Below, piece after piece: positions 15,001 through 26,400 of a DNA stretch of 64,000 bases. The DNA is from Eledone cirrhosa (Eukaryota), in NCBI GenBank assembly GCA_964016885.1, contig OZ024740.1, positions 423,646,001-423,710,000 of the forward strand. The letters run 5' to 3'. Positions within the stretch are counted from its first letter, which is position 1; every line of letters begins with the position of its first letter. Below the pieces are notes generated by a model. It ran no database searches. It was not told the DNA's origin and saw only the letters and a list, made by a program, of their open reading frames with translations. The translations under genes were made by a program, and so were the position numbers.

Positions 15001-16534
15001 CTAATGTAGTCCAAACTAATTCTATATAAGACTGTAGTGGTATTGACTAATGTACTCCAATCTAATTCTATATAAGACTGTAGTGGTATTGACTAATGTA
15101 GTCCAATCTAATTCTATATAAGACTGTAGTGGTACTGACTAATGTAGTCCAATTTAATTCTATATAAGACTGTAGTGGTATTGACTAATGTAGTCCAATC
15201 TAATTCTATATATGACTGTAGTGGTATTGACTAATGTACTCCAATCTAATTCTATATAAGACTGTAGTGGTACTGACTAATGTAGTCCAACCTAATTCTA
15301 TATAAGACTGTAGTGGTATTGACTAATGTACTCCAATCTAATTCTATATAAGACTGTAGTGGTATTGACTAATGTACTCCAATCTAATTCTATATAAGAC
15401 TGTAGTGGTATTGACTAATGTAGTCCAAACTAATTCTATATAAGACTGTAGTGGTATTGACTAATGTACTCCAATCTAATTCTATATAAGACTGTAGGGT
15501 ATTGACTAATGTACTCCAATCTAATTCTATATAAGACTGTAGTGGTATTGACTAATGTAGTCCAATCTAATTCTATATAAGACTGTAGTGGTATTGACTA
15601 ATGTAGTCCAATCTAATTCTATATAAGACTGTAGTGGTATTGACTAATGTACTCCAATCTAATTCTATATAAGACTGTAGTGGTATTGACTAATGTACTC
15701 CAATCTAATTCTATATAAGACTGTAGTGGTATTGACTAATGTAGTCCAATCCAATTCTATATAAGACTGTAGTGGTATTGACTAATGTAGTCCAATCTAA
15801 TTCTATATAAGACTGTAGTGGTATTGACTAATGTACTCCAATCTAATTCTATATAAGACTGTAGTGGTATTGACTAATGTACTCCAATCTAATTCTATAT
15901 AAGACTGTAGGGTATTGACTAATGTACTCCAATCTAATTCTATATAAGACTGTAGTGGTATTGACTAATGTAATCCAATCTAATACTATATAAGACTGTA
16001 GTGGTACTGACTAATGTAGTCCAACCTAATTCTATATAAGACTGTAGTGGTATTGACTAATGTACTCCAATCTAATTCTATATAAGACTGTAGTGGTATT
16101 GACTAATGTACTCCAATCTAATTCTATATAAGACTGTAGTGGTATTGACTAATGTACTCCAATCTAATTCTATATAAGACTGTAGTGGTATTGACTAATG
16201 TAGTCCAAACTAATTCTATATAAGACTGTAGTGGTATTGACTAATGTACTCCAATCTAATTCTATATAAGACTGTAGTGGTATTGACTAATGTACTCCAA
16301 TCTAATTCTATATAAGACTGTAGTGGTATTGACTAATGTAGTCCAATCTAATTCTATATAAGACTGTAGTGGTATTGACTAATGTAGTCCAATCTAATTC
16401 TATATAAGACTGTAGTGGTATTGACTAATGTACTCCAATCTAATTCTATATAAGACTGTAGGGTATTGACTAATGTACTCCAATCTAATTCTATATAAGA
16501 CTGTAGTGGTATTGACTAATGTACTCCAATCTAA
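1..16534. repeat. 46-bp satellite DNA array, left arm (~359 monomers, truncated by window start)
   Basis: Uninterrupted head-to-tail copies of CTGTAGTGGTATTGACTAATGTASTCCAATCTAATTCTATATAAGA; most copies differ from consensus by 0-3 substitutions or 1-2 bp deletions. The last monomer is cut after ...CCAATCTAA (16534). Confidence 0.98.
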
Positions 16535-16556
16535 TCTATATATATAAAACTGTGGT

Positions 16557-16569
16557 TGTCTGTCTGTCT
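16557..16569 (+). repeat. Short (TGTC)3 microsatellite near the Helitron 5' end
   Basis: TGTCTGTCTGTCT read directly. Tetranucleotide GTCY/GTTT-type tracts near the 5' end are known from invertebrate non-autonomous Helitron/Helentron elements such as DINE-1 and Lep1. Confidence 0.75.
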
Positions 16570-16964
16570 ATCGAATTTCGGCACACATCTCCTCTTATAA
16601 TCTCTCACGGAATTGCCCCGAAATTGCTATACTTGTACATTGAGCCCTAGCGAAGACATCGGAAAAAAAAAATTTCAAATTCACCCACCCTATGTGACGA
16701 AATCGAATATAATGTATCGATTTTTGAGCGTAAGTTATCAGTTATTTCCCTTTGTTCTGTTTACATTGAGCGTCTTACGTAAAAAATTACGCTGGCTTTC
16801 TCAGCGTTTGTCGAGCCAGCAAAATATTGACCTGCAAAATTCATCAGTTCGAACACTAAGCTTCCGTTTTGCTTCATTTCCATTTAAAAGCATTTTAAAA
16901 CAATATTTTTACTTGAAAACAAGTCTATTTAAAGACTACGTAAAACAAGCAAATATTTCGTCGT

Positions 16965-17183
16965 TAGGCGTGCAGACAGACAGTCGTGCAGACAGACAGT
17001 CGTGCAGAGAGGTGATATACGCGTGCAGACAGATAGTCGTGCAGAGAGGTGATATAGGCGTGCAGACAGACAGTCGTGCAGAGAGGTGATATAGGCGTGC
17101 AGACAGACAGTCGTGCAGAGAGGTGATATAGGCGTGCAGACATACAGTCGTGCAGAGAGGTGATATAGGCGTGCAGACAGACA
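16965..17183. repeat. Internal 37-bp minisatellite of the Helitron (16-bp + 21-bp subunits, ~5.9 unit lengths)
   Basis: Subunit A CGTGCAGACAGACAGT and subunit B CGTGCAGAGAGGTGATATAGG in the order A-A-B-A-B-A-B-A-B-A-B-A(partial), starting at 16969; 12 copies of CGTGCAGA. Confidence 0.95.
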
Positions 17184-17461
17184 TAACTGATAATTTGGTT
17201 ACGCTAATGTTTTTCTATGCGTTGCAGTGTTTACATTTTCGATCTTTGTTAATAAATAACCAGTGCAGTTTCTATCCCCAGCATCCTCTTTTGTTATAAC
17301 ATTCGGGTTATCGTTATGTTTTCTTAACTTCCATAAGGCATATTGTTGGTTGAGGGAATATTAATCAAAAACACCACATGCAAGTCTGCACAGTAGACAC
17401 TACAGTTTTTAAGCCAATAAAGAAACTTAACATTGTAACTTTAACACAGCTACTGAGCGAC

Positions 17462-17489
17462 CCCGAGCAACGCCGGGCTTTACTGCTAG
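17462..17489 (+). other. Helitron 3' terminal signal: subterminal hairpin plus CTAG
   Basis: CCCG-(A bulge)-GC / loop AAC / GC-CGGG at 17462-17477, an 8-nt spacer CTTTACTG, then CTAG at 17486-17489. Confidence 0.88.
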
Positions 17490-20400
17490 TTCTATATAAG
17501 ACTGTAGTGGTATTGACTAATGTAGTTCAATCTAATTCTATATATGACTGTAGTGGTATTGACTAATGTAGTCCAACCTAATTCTATATAAGACTGTAGT
17601 GGTATTGACTAATGTACTCCAATCTAATTCTATATAAGACTGTAGTGGTTTTGACTAATGTAGTCCAATCTAATTCTATATAAGACTGTAGTGGTATTGA
17701 CTAATGTAGTCCAATCTAACTCTATATAAGACTGTAGTGGTACTGACTAATGTAGTCCAATCTAATTCTATATAAGACTGTAGTGGTATTGACTAATGTA
17801 CTCCAATCTAATTCTATATAAGACTGTAGTGGTATTGACTAATGTAGTCCAATCTAATTCTATATAAGTCTGTAGTGGTATTGACTAATGTAGTCCAATC
17901 TAATTCTATATAAGACTGTAGTGGTACTGACTAATGTAGTCCAATCTAATTCTATATAAGACTGTAGTGGTATTGACTAATGTACTCCAATCTAATTCTA
18001 TATAAGACTGTAGGGTATTGACTAATGTACTCCAATCTAATTCTATATAAGACTGTAGTGGTATTGACTAATGTACTCCAATCTAATTCTATATAAGACT
18101 GTAGTGGTATTGACTAATATACTCCAATCTAATTCTATATAAGACTGTAGTGGTATTGACTAATGTAGTCCAATCTAATTCTATATAAGACTGTAGTGGT
18201 ATTGACTAATGTAGTCCAATCTAATTCTATATAAGACTGTAGTGGTATTGACTAATGTAGTCCAATCTAATTCTATATAAGACTGTAGTGGTATTGACTA
18301 AAGTAGTCCAATCTAATTCTATATAAGGCTGTAGTGGTATTGACTAATGTAGTCCAATCTAATTCTATATAAGACTGTAGTGGTATTGACTAATGTACTC
18401 CAACCTAATTCTATATAAGACTGTAGTGGTATTGACTAATGTAGTCCAATCTAATTCTATATAAGACTGTAGTGGTATTGACTAATGTAGTCCAATCTAA
18501 TTCTATATAAGACTGTAGTGGTATTGACTAATGTAGTCCAATCTAATTCTATATAAGACTGTAGGGTATTGACTAATGTACTCCAATCTAATTCTATATA
18601 AGACTGTAGTGGTATTGACTAATGTACTCCAATCTAATTCTATATAAGACTGTAGTGGTATTGACTAATATACTCCAATCTAATTCTATATAAGACTGTA
18701 GTGGTACTGACTAATGTAGTCCAATCTAATTCTATATAAGACTGTAGTGGTATTGACTAATGTAGTCCAATCTAATTCTATATAAGACTGTAGTGGTACT
18801 GACTAATGTAGTCCAATCTAATTCTATATAAGACTGTAGTGGTATTGACTAATGTAGTCCAACCTAATTCTATATAAGACTGTAGTGGTATTGACTAATG
18901 TAGTCCAATCTAATTCTATATAAGACTGTAGTGGTACTGACTAATGTAGTCCAATCTAATTCTATATAAGACTGTAGTGGTATTGACTAATGTAGTCCAA
19001 CCTAATTCTATATAAGACTGTAGTGGTATTGACTAATGTAGTCCAACCTAATTCTATATAAGACTGTAGTGGTATTGACTAATGTAGTCCAATCTAATTC
19101 TATATAAGACTGTAGTGGTATTGACTAATGTAGTCCAATCTAATTCTATATAAGACTGTAGTGGTACTGACTAATGTAGTCCAATCTAATTCTATATAAG
19201 ACTGTAGTGGTACTGACTAATGTACTCCAATCTAATTCTATATAAGATTGTAGTGGTATTGACTAATGTAGTCCAATCTAATTCTATATAAGACTGTAGT
19301 GGTATTGACTAATGTACTCCAATCTAATTCTATATAAGACTGTAGTGGTATTGACTAATGTACTCCAATCTAATTCTATATAAGACTGTAGGGTATTGAC
19401 TAATGTACTCCAATCTAATTCTATATAAGACTGTAGTGGTATTGACTAATGTACTCCAACCTAATTCTATATAAGACTGTAGTGGTATTGACTAATGTAG
19501 TTCAATCTAATTCTATACAAGACTGTAGTGGTATTGACTAATGTAGTCCAATCTAATTCTATATAAGACTGTAGTGGTATTGACTAATGTAGTCCAATCT
19601 AATTCTATATAAGACTGTAGTGGTATTGACTAATGTAGTCCAATCTAATTCTATATAAGACTGTAGTGGTATTGACTAAAGTAGTCCAATCTAATTCTAT
19701 ATAAGGCTGTAGTGGTATTGACTAATGTAGTCCAATCTAATTCTATATAAGACTGTAGTGGTACTGACTAATGTAGTCCAATCTAATTCTATATAAGACT
19801 GTAGTGGTATTGACTAATGTACTCCAATCTAATTCTATATAAGACTGTAGGGTATTGACTAATGTACTCCAATCTAATTCTATATAAGACTGTAGTGGTA
19901 TTGACTAATGTACTCCAATCTAATTCTATATAAGACTGTAGTGGTATTGACTAATGTAGTCCAATCTAATTCTATATAAGACTGTAGTGGTATTGACTAA
20001 TGTAGTCTAATCTAATTCTATATAAGACTGTAGTGGTATTGACTAATGTAGTCCAATCTAATTCTATATAAGACTGTAGTGGTATTGACTAATGTAGTCC
20101 AATCTAATTCTATATAAGACTGTAGTGGTATTGACTAATGTAGTCCAATCTAATTCTATATAAGACTGTAGTGGTATTGACTAATGTAGTCCAATCTAAT
20201 TCTATATAAGACTGTAGTGGTATTGACTAAAGTAGTCCAATCTAATTCTATATAAGACTGTAGTGGTATTGACTAATGTAGTCCAACCTAATTCTATATA
20301 AGACTGTAGTGGTATTGACGATTGTACTCCAATCTAATTCTATATAAGACTGTAGTGGTTTTGACTAATGTAGTCCAATCTAATTCTATATAAGACTGTA

Positions 20401-23400
20401 GTGGTATTGACTAATGTAGTCCAATCTAACTCTATATAAGACTGTAGTGGTATTGACTAATGTACTCCAACCTAATTCTATATAAGACTGTAGTGGTATT
20501 GACTAATGTACTCCAATCTAATTCTATATAAGACTGTAGTGGTATTGAGTAATGTACTCCAACCTAATTCTATATAAGACTGTAGTGGTATTGACTAATG
20601 TACTCCAATCTAATTCTATATAAGACTGTAGTGGTATTGACTAATGTAGTCCAACCTAATTCTATATAAGACTGTAGTGGTATTGACTAAAGTAGTCCAA
20701 TCTAATTCTATATAAGACTGTAGTGGTATTGACTAATGTAGTCCAATCTAATTCTATATAAGACTGTAGTGGTATTGAGTAATGTACTCCAACCTAATTC
20801 TATATAAGACTGTAGTGGTATTGACTAATGTACTCCAATCTAATTCTATATAAGACTGTAGTGGTATTGACTAATGTAGTCCAACCTAATTCTATATAAG
20901 ACTGTAGTGGTATTGACTAATGTAGTCCAACCTAATTCTATATAAGACTGTAGTGGTATTGACTAATGTACTCCAATCTAATTCTATATAAGACTGTAGT
21001 GGTTTTGACTAATGTAGTCCAATCTAATTCTATATAAGACTGTAGTGGTATTGACTAATGTAGTCCAATCTAACTCTATATAAGACTGTAGTGGTACTGA
21101 CTAATGTAGTCCAATCTAATTCTATATAAGACTGTAGTGGTATTGACTAATGTACTCCAATCTAATTCTATATAAGACTGTAGTGGTATTGACTAATGTA
21201 GTCCAATCTAATTCTATATAAGTCTGTAGTGGTATTGACTAATGTAGTCCAATCTAATTCTATATAAGACTGTAGTGGTACTGACTAATGTAGTCCAATC
21301 TAATTCTATATAAGACTGTAGTGGTATTGACTAATGTACTCCAATCTAATTCTATATAAGACTGTAGGGTATTGACTAATGTACTCCAACCTAATTCTAT
21401 ATAAGACTGTAGTGGTATTGACTAATGTACTCCAATCTAATTCTATATAAGACTGTAGTGGTATTGACTAATATACTCCAATCTAATTCTATATAAGACT
21501 GTAGTGGTACTGACTAATGTAGTCCAATCTAATTCTATATAAGACTGTAGTGGTATTGACTAATGTAGTCCAATCTAATTCTATATAAGACTGTAGTGGT
21601 ACTGACTAATGTAGTCCAATCTAATTCTATATAAGACTGTAGTGGTATTGACTAATGTAGTCCAACCTAATTCTATATAAGACTGTAGTGGTATTGACTA
21701 ATGTAGTCCAATCTAATTCTATATAAGACTGTAGTGGTACTGACTAATGTAGTCCAATCTAATTCTATATAAGACTGTAGTGGTATTGACTAATGTAGTC
21801 CAACCTAATTCTATATAAGACTGTAGTGGTATTGACTAATGTAGTCCAACCTAATTCTATATAAGACTGTAGTGGTATTGACTAATGTAGTCCAATCTAA
21901 TTCTATATAAGACTGTAGTGGTATTGACTAATGTAGTCCAATCTAATTCTATATAAGACTGTAGTGGTACTGACTAATGTACTCCAATCTAATTCTATAT
22001 AAGACTGTAGTGGTATTGACTAATGTACTCCAATCTAATTCTATATAAGACTGTAGGGTATTGACTAATGTACTCCAATCTAATTCTATATAAGACTGTA
22101 GTGGTATTGACTAATGTAGTCCAATCTAATTCTATATAAGACTGTAGTGGTATTGAGTAATGTACTCCAACCTAATTCTATATAAGACTGTAGTGGTATT
22201 GACTAATGTAGTTCAATCTAATTCTATATAAGACTGTAGTGGTATTGACTAATGTAGTCCAATCTAATTCTATATAAGACTGTAGTGGTATTGACTAATG
22301 TAGTCCAATCTAATTCTATATAAGACTGTAGTGGTATTGACTAAAGTAGTCCAATCTAATTCTATATAAGGCTGTAGTGGTATTGACTAATGTAGTCCAA
22401 TCTAATTCTATATAAGACTGTAGTGGTACTGACTAATGTAGTCCAATCTAATTCTATATAAGACTGTAGTGGTATTGACTAATGTACTCCAATCTAATTC
22501 TATATAAGACTGTAGGGTATTGACTAATGTACTCCAATCTAATTCTATATAAGACTGTAGTGGTATTGACTAATGTACTCCAATCTAATTCTATATAAGA
22601 CTGTAGTGGTATTGACTAATGTAGTCCAATCTAATTCTATATAAGACTGTAGTGGTATTGACTAATGTAGTCCAATCTAATTCTATATAAGACTGTAGTG
22701 GTATTGACTAATGTAGTCCAATCTAATTCTATATAAGACTGTAGTGGTATTGACTAATGTAGTCCAATCTAATTCTATATAAGACTGTAGTGGTATTGAC
22801 TAATGTAGTCCAATCTAATTCTATATAAGACTGTAGTGGTATTGACTAATGTAGTCCAATCTAATTCTATATAAGACTGTAGTGGTATTGACTAAAGTAG
22901 TCCAATCTAATTCTATATAAGGCTGTAGTGGTATTCACTAATGTAGTCCAATCTAATTCTATATAAGACTGTAGTGGTATTGACTAATGTACTCCAACCT
23001 AATTCTATATAAGACTGTAGTGGTATTGACTAATGTAGTTTAATCTAATTCTATATAAGACTGTAGTGGTATTGACTAATGTACTCCAATCTAATTCTAT
23101 ATAAGACTGTAGTGGTATTGACTAATGTACTCCAATCTAATTCTATATAAGACTGTAGTGGTATTGACTAATATACTCCAATCTAATTCTATATAAGACT
23201 GTAGTGGTATTCACTAATGTACTCCAAACTAATTCTATATAAGACTGTAGTGGTATTGACTAATGTACTCCAATCTAATTCTATATAAGACTGTAGTGGT
23301 ACTGACTAATGTAGTCCAATCTAATTCTATATAAGACTGTAGGGTATTGACTAATGTACTCCAATCTAATTCTATATAAGACTGTAGTGGTATTGACTAA

Positions 23401-26400
23401 TGTACTCCAATCTAATTCTATATAAGACTGTAGTGGTATTGACTAATGTAGTCCAATCTAATTCTATATAAGACTGTAGTGGTATTGACTAATGTACTCC
23501 AATCTAATTCTATATAAGACTGTAGCGGTATTGACTAATGTACTCCAATCTAATTCTATATAAGACTGTAGTGGTATTGACTAATGTACTCCAATCTAAT
23601 TCTATATAAGACTCTAGTGGTACTGACTAATGTAGTCCAATCTAATTCTATATAAGACTGTAGGGTATTGACTAATGTACTCCAATCTAATTCTATATAA
23701 GACTGTAGTGGTATTGACTAATGTACTCCAATCTAATTCTATATAAGACTGTAGTGGTATTGACTAATGTAGTCCAATCTAATTCTATATAAGACTGTAG
23801 TGGTATTGACTAATGTACTCCAATCTAATTCTATATAAGACTGTAGGGTATTGACTAATGTACTCCAATCTAATTCTATATAAGACTGTAGTGGTATTGA
23901 CTAATGTACTCCAATCTAATTCTATATAAGACTGTAGTGGTATTGACTAATGTACTCCAATCTAATTCTATATAAGACTGTAGTGGTACTGACTAATGTA
24001 GTCCAATCTAATTCTATATAAGACTGTAGGGTATTGACTAATGTAGTCCAATCTAATTCTATATAAGACTGTAGTGGTATTGACTAATGTACTCCAATCT
24101 AATTCTATATAAGACTGTAGTGGTATTGACTAATGTAGTCCAATCTAATTCTATATAAGACTGTAGTGGTATTGAGTAATGTACTCCAACCTAATTCTAT
24201 ATAAGACTGTAGTGGTATTGACTAATGTACTCCAATCTAATTCTATATAAGACTGTAGTGGTATTGACTAATGTAGTCCAACCTAATTCTATATAAGACT
24301 GTAGTGGTATTGACTAATGTAGTCCAACCTAATTCTATATAAGACTGTAGTGGTATTGACTAATATACTCCAATCTAATTCTATATAAGACTGTAGTGGT
24401 ATTGACTAATGTAGACCAATCTAATTCTATATAAGACTGTAGTGGTATTGACTAATGTAGTCCAACCTAATTCTATATAAGACTGTAGTGGTATTGACTA
24501 ATGTAGTCCAATCTAATTCTATATAAGACTGTAGTGGTATTGACTAATGTAGTCCAATCTAATTCTATATAAGACTGTAGTGGTATTGACTAATGTAGTC
24601 CAACCTAATTCTATATAAGACTGTAGTGGTATTGACTAATGTACTCCAACCTAATTCTATATAAGACTGTAGTGGTATTGACTAATGTAGTCCAATCTAA
24701 TTCTATATAAGACTGTAGTGGTATTGACTAATGTAGTCCAATCTAATTCTATATAAGACTGTAGTGGTATTGACTAATGTAGTCCAATCTAATTCTATAT
24801 AAGACTGTAGTGGTATTGACTAATGTAGTTCAATCTAATTCTATATAAGACTGTAGTGGTATTGACTAATATACTCCAATCTAATTCTATATAAGACTGT
24901 AGTGGTATTGACTAATGTACTCCAATCTAATTCTATATAAGACTGTAGTGGTATTGACTAATGTAGTCCAATCTAATTCTATATAAGACTGTAGTGGTAC
25001 TGACTAATGTAGTCCAATCTAATTCTATATAAGACTGTAGTGGTATTGACTAATGTACTCCAATCTAATTCTATATAAGACTGTAGTGGTACTGACTAAT
25101 GTAGTCCAATCTAATTCTATATAAGACTGTAGTGGTATTGACTAATGTACTCCAATCTAATTCTATATAAGACTGTAGGGTATTGACTAATGTACTCCAA
25201 TCTAATTCTATATAAGACTGTAGGGTATTGACTAATGTACTCCAATCTAATTCTATATAAGACTGTAGTGGTATTGACTAATGTACTCCAATCTAATTCT
25301 ATATAAGACTGTAGGGTATTGACTAATGTACTCCAATCTAATTCTATATAAGACTGTAGGGTATTGACTAATGTACTCCAATCTAATTCTATATAAGACT
25401 GTAGTGGTATTGACTAATGTACTCCAATCTAATTCTATATAAGACTGTAGGGTATTGACTAATGTACTCCAATCTAATTCTATATAAGACTGTAGTGGTA
25501 TTGACTAATGTACTCCAATCTAATTCTATATAAGACTGTAGTGGTATTGACTAATATACTCCAATCTAATTCTATATAAGACTGTAGTGGTATTGACTAA
25601 TGTAGTCCAATCTAATTCTATATAAGACTGTAGTGGTATTGACTAATGTAGTCCAATCTAATTCTATATAAGACTGTAGTGGTATTGACTAATGTAGTCC
25701 AATCTAATTCTATATAAGACTGTAGTGGTATTGACTAAAGTAGTCCAATCTAATTCTATATAAGGCTGTAGTGGTATTGACTAATGTAGTCCAATCTAAT
25801 TCTATATAAGACTGTAGTGGTATTGACTAATGTACTCCAACCTAATTCTATATAAGACTGTAGTGGTATTGACTAATGTAGTTCAATCTAATTCTATATA
25901 AGACTGTAGTGGTATTGACTAATGTAGTCCAATCTAATTCTATATAAGACTGTAGTGGTATTGACTAATGTAGTCCAATCTAATTCTATATAAGACTGTA
26001 GTGGTATTGACTAATGTAGTCCAATCTAATTCTATATAAGACTGTAGTGGTATTGACTAATGTAGTCCAATCTAATTCTATATAAGACTGTAGTGGTATT
26101 GACTAAAGTAGTCCAATCTAATTCTATATAAGGCTGTAGTGGTATTGACTAATGTAGTCCAATCTAATTCTATATAAGACTGTAGTGGTACTGACTAATG
26201 TAGTCCAATCTAATTCTATATAAGACTGTAGTGGTATTGACTAATGTACTCCAATCTAATTCTATATAAGACTGTAGGGTATTGACTAATGTACTCCAAT
26301 CTAATTCTATATAAGACTGTAGTGGTATTGACTAATATACTCCAATCTAATTCTATATAAGACTGTAGTGGTATTGACTAATGTAGTCCAATCTAATTCT

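Larger units (their letters stand above)
16535..17489 (+). mobile_element. Non-autonomous Helitron (rolling-circle transposon), 955 bp
   Basis: Begins TCTATATATATAAAA (5'-TC) and ends ...TACTGCTAG (CTRR-3'). A GC-rich hairpin CCCGAGCAACGCCGGG ends 12 nt before the 3' end. It sits between host A (16534) and T (17490) with no target-site duplication; removing it restores a perfect monomer (CTAA|TTCTATATAAGA). No Rep/helicase ORF. Confidence 0.92.

Noticed and set aside
16535-16559. Degenerate target-site duplication of 17491-17511 (TIR element or retroelement model)
   Set aside because: Three mismatches plus a 4-nt gap far exceed divergence among neighbouring monomers, there are no TIRs, and the A|T empty site is restored exactly without invoking a duplication. 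It is kept only as the alternative to test for the top finding.
16663-16672. A10 tract as a retroelement poly(A) tail
   Set aside because: It is internal to the element, with no TSD and no LINE/SINE features; the termini fit a Helitron.
16613-17089. 158-aa ORF on + strand
   Set aside because: It starts at a non-ATG codon (TTG), shows no recognisable domain (no HUH/Y2 Rep or PIF1 helicase motifs), and its C-terminus is translated minisatellite; most likely a chance ORF.
16936-17184. 82-aa ORF on - strand
   Set aside because: Almost entirely the reverse translation of the 37-bp minisatellite; the repeated peptide is a by-product.
17462-17482. Rho-independent terminator (GC hairpin followed by TTT)
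   Set aside because: There is no prokaryotic gene context and the T-tract is too short; its position just before CTAG identifies it as the Helitron 3' hairpin.
17378-17566. 62-aa ORF on + strand
   Set aside because: It crosses the Helitron 3' end into satellite monomers, so it is a junction artefact.
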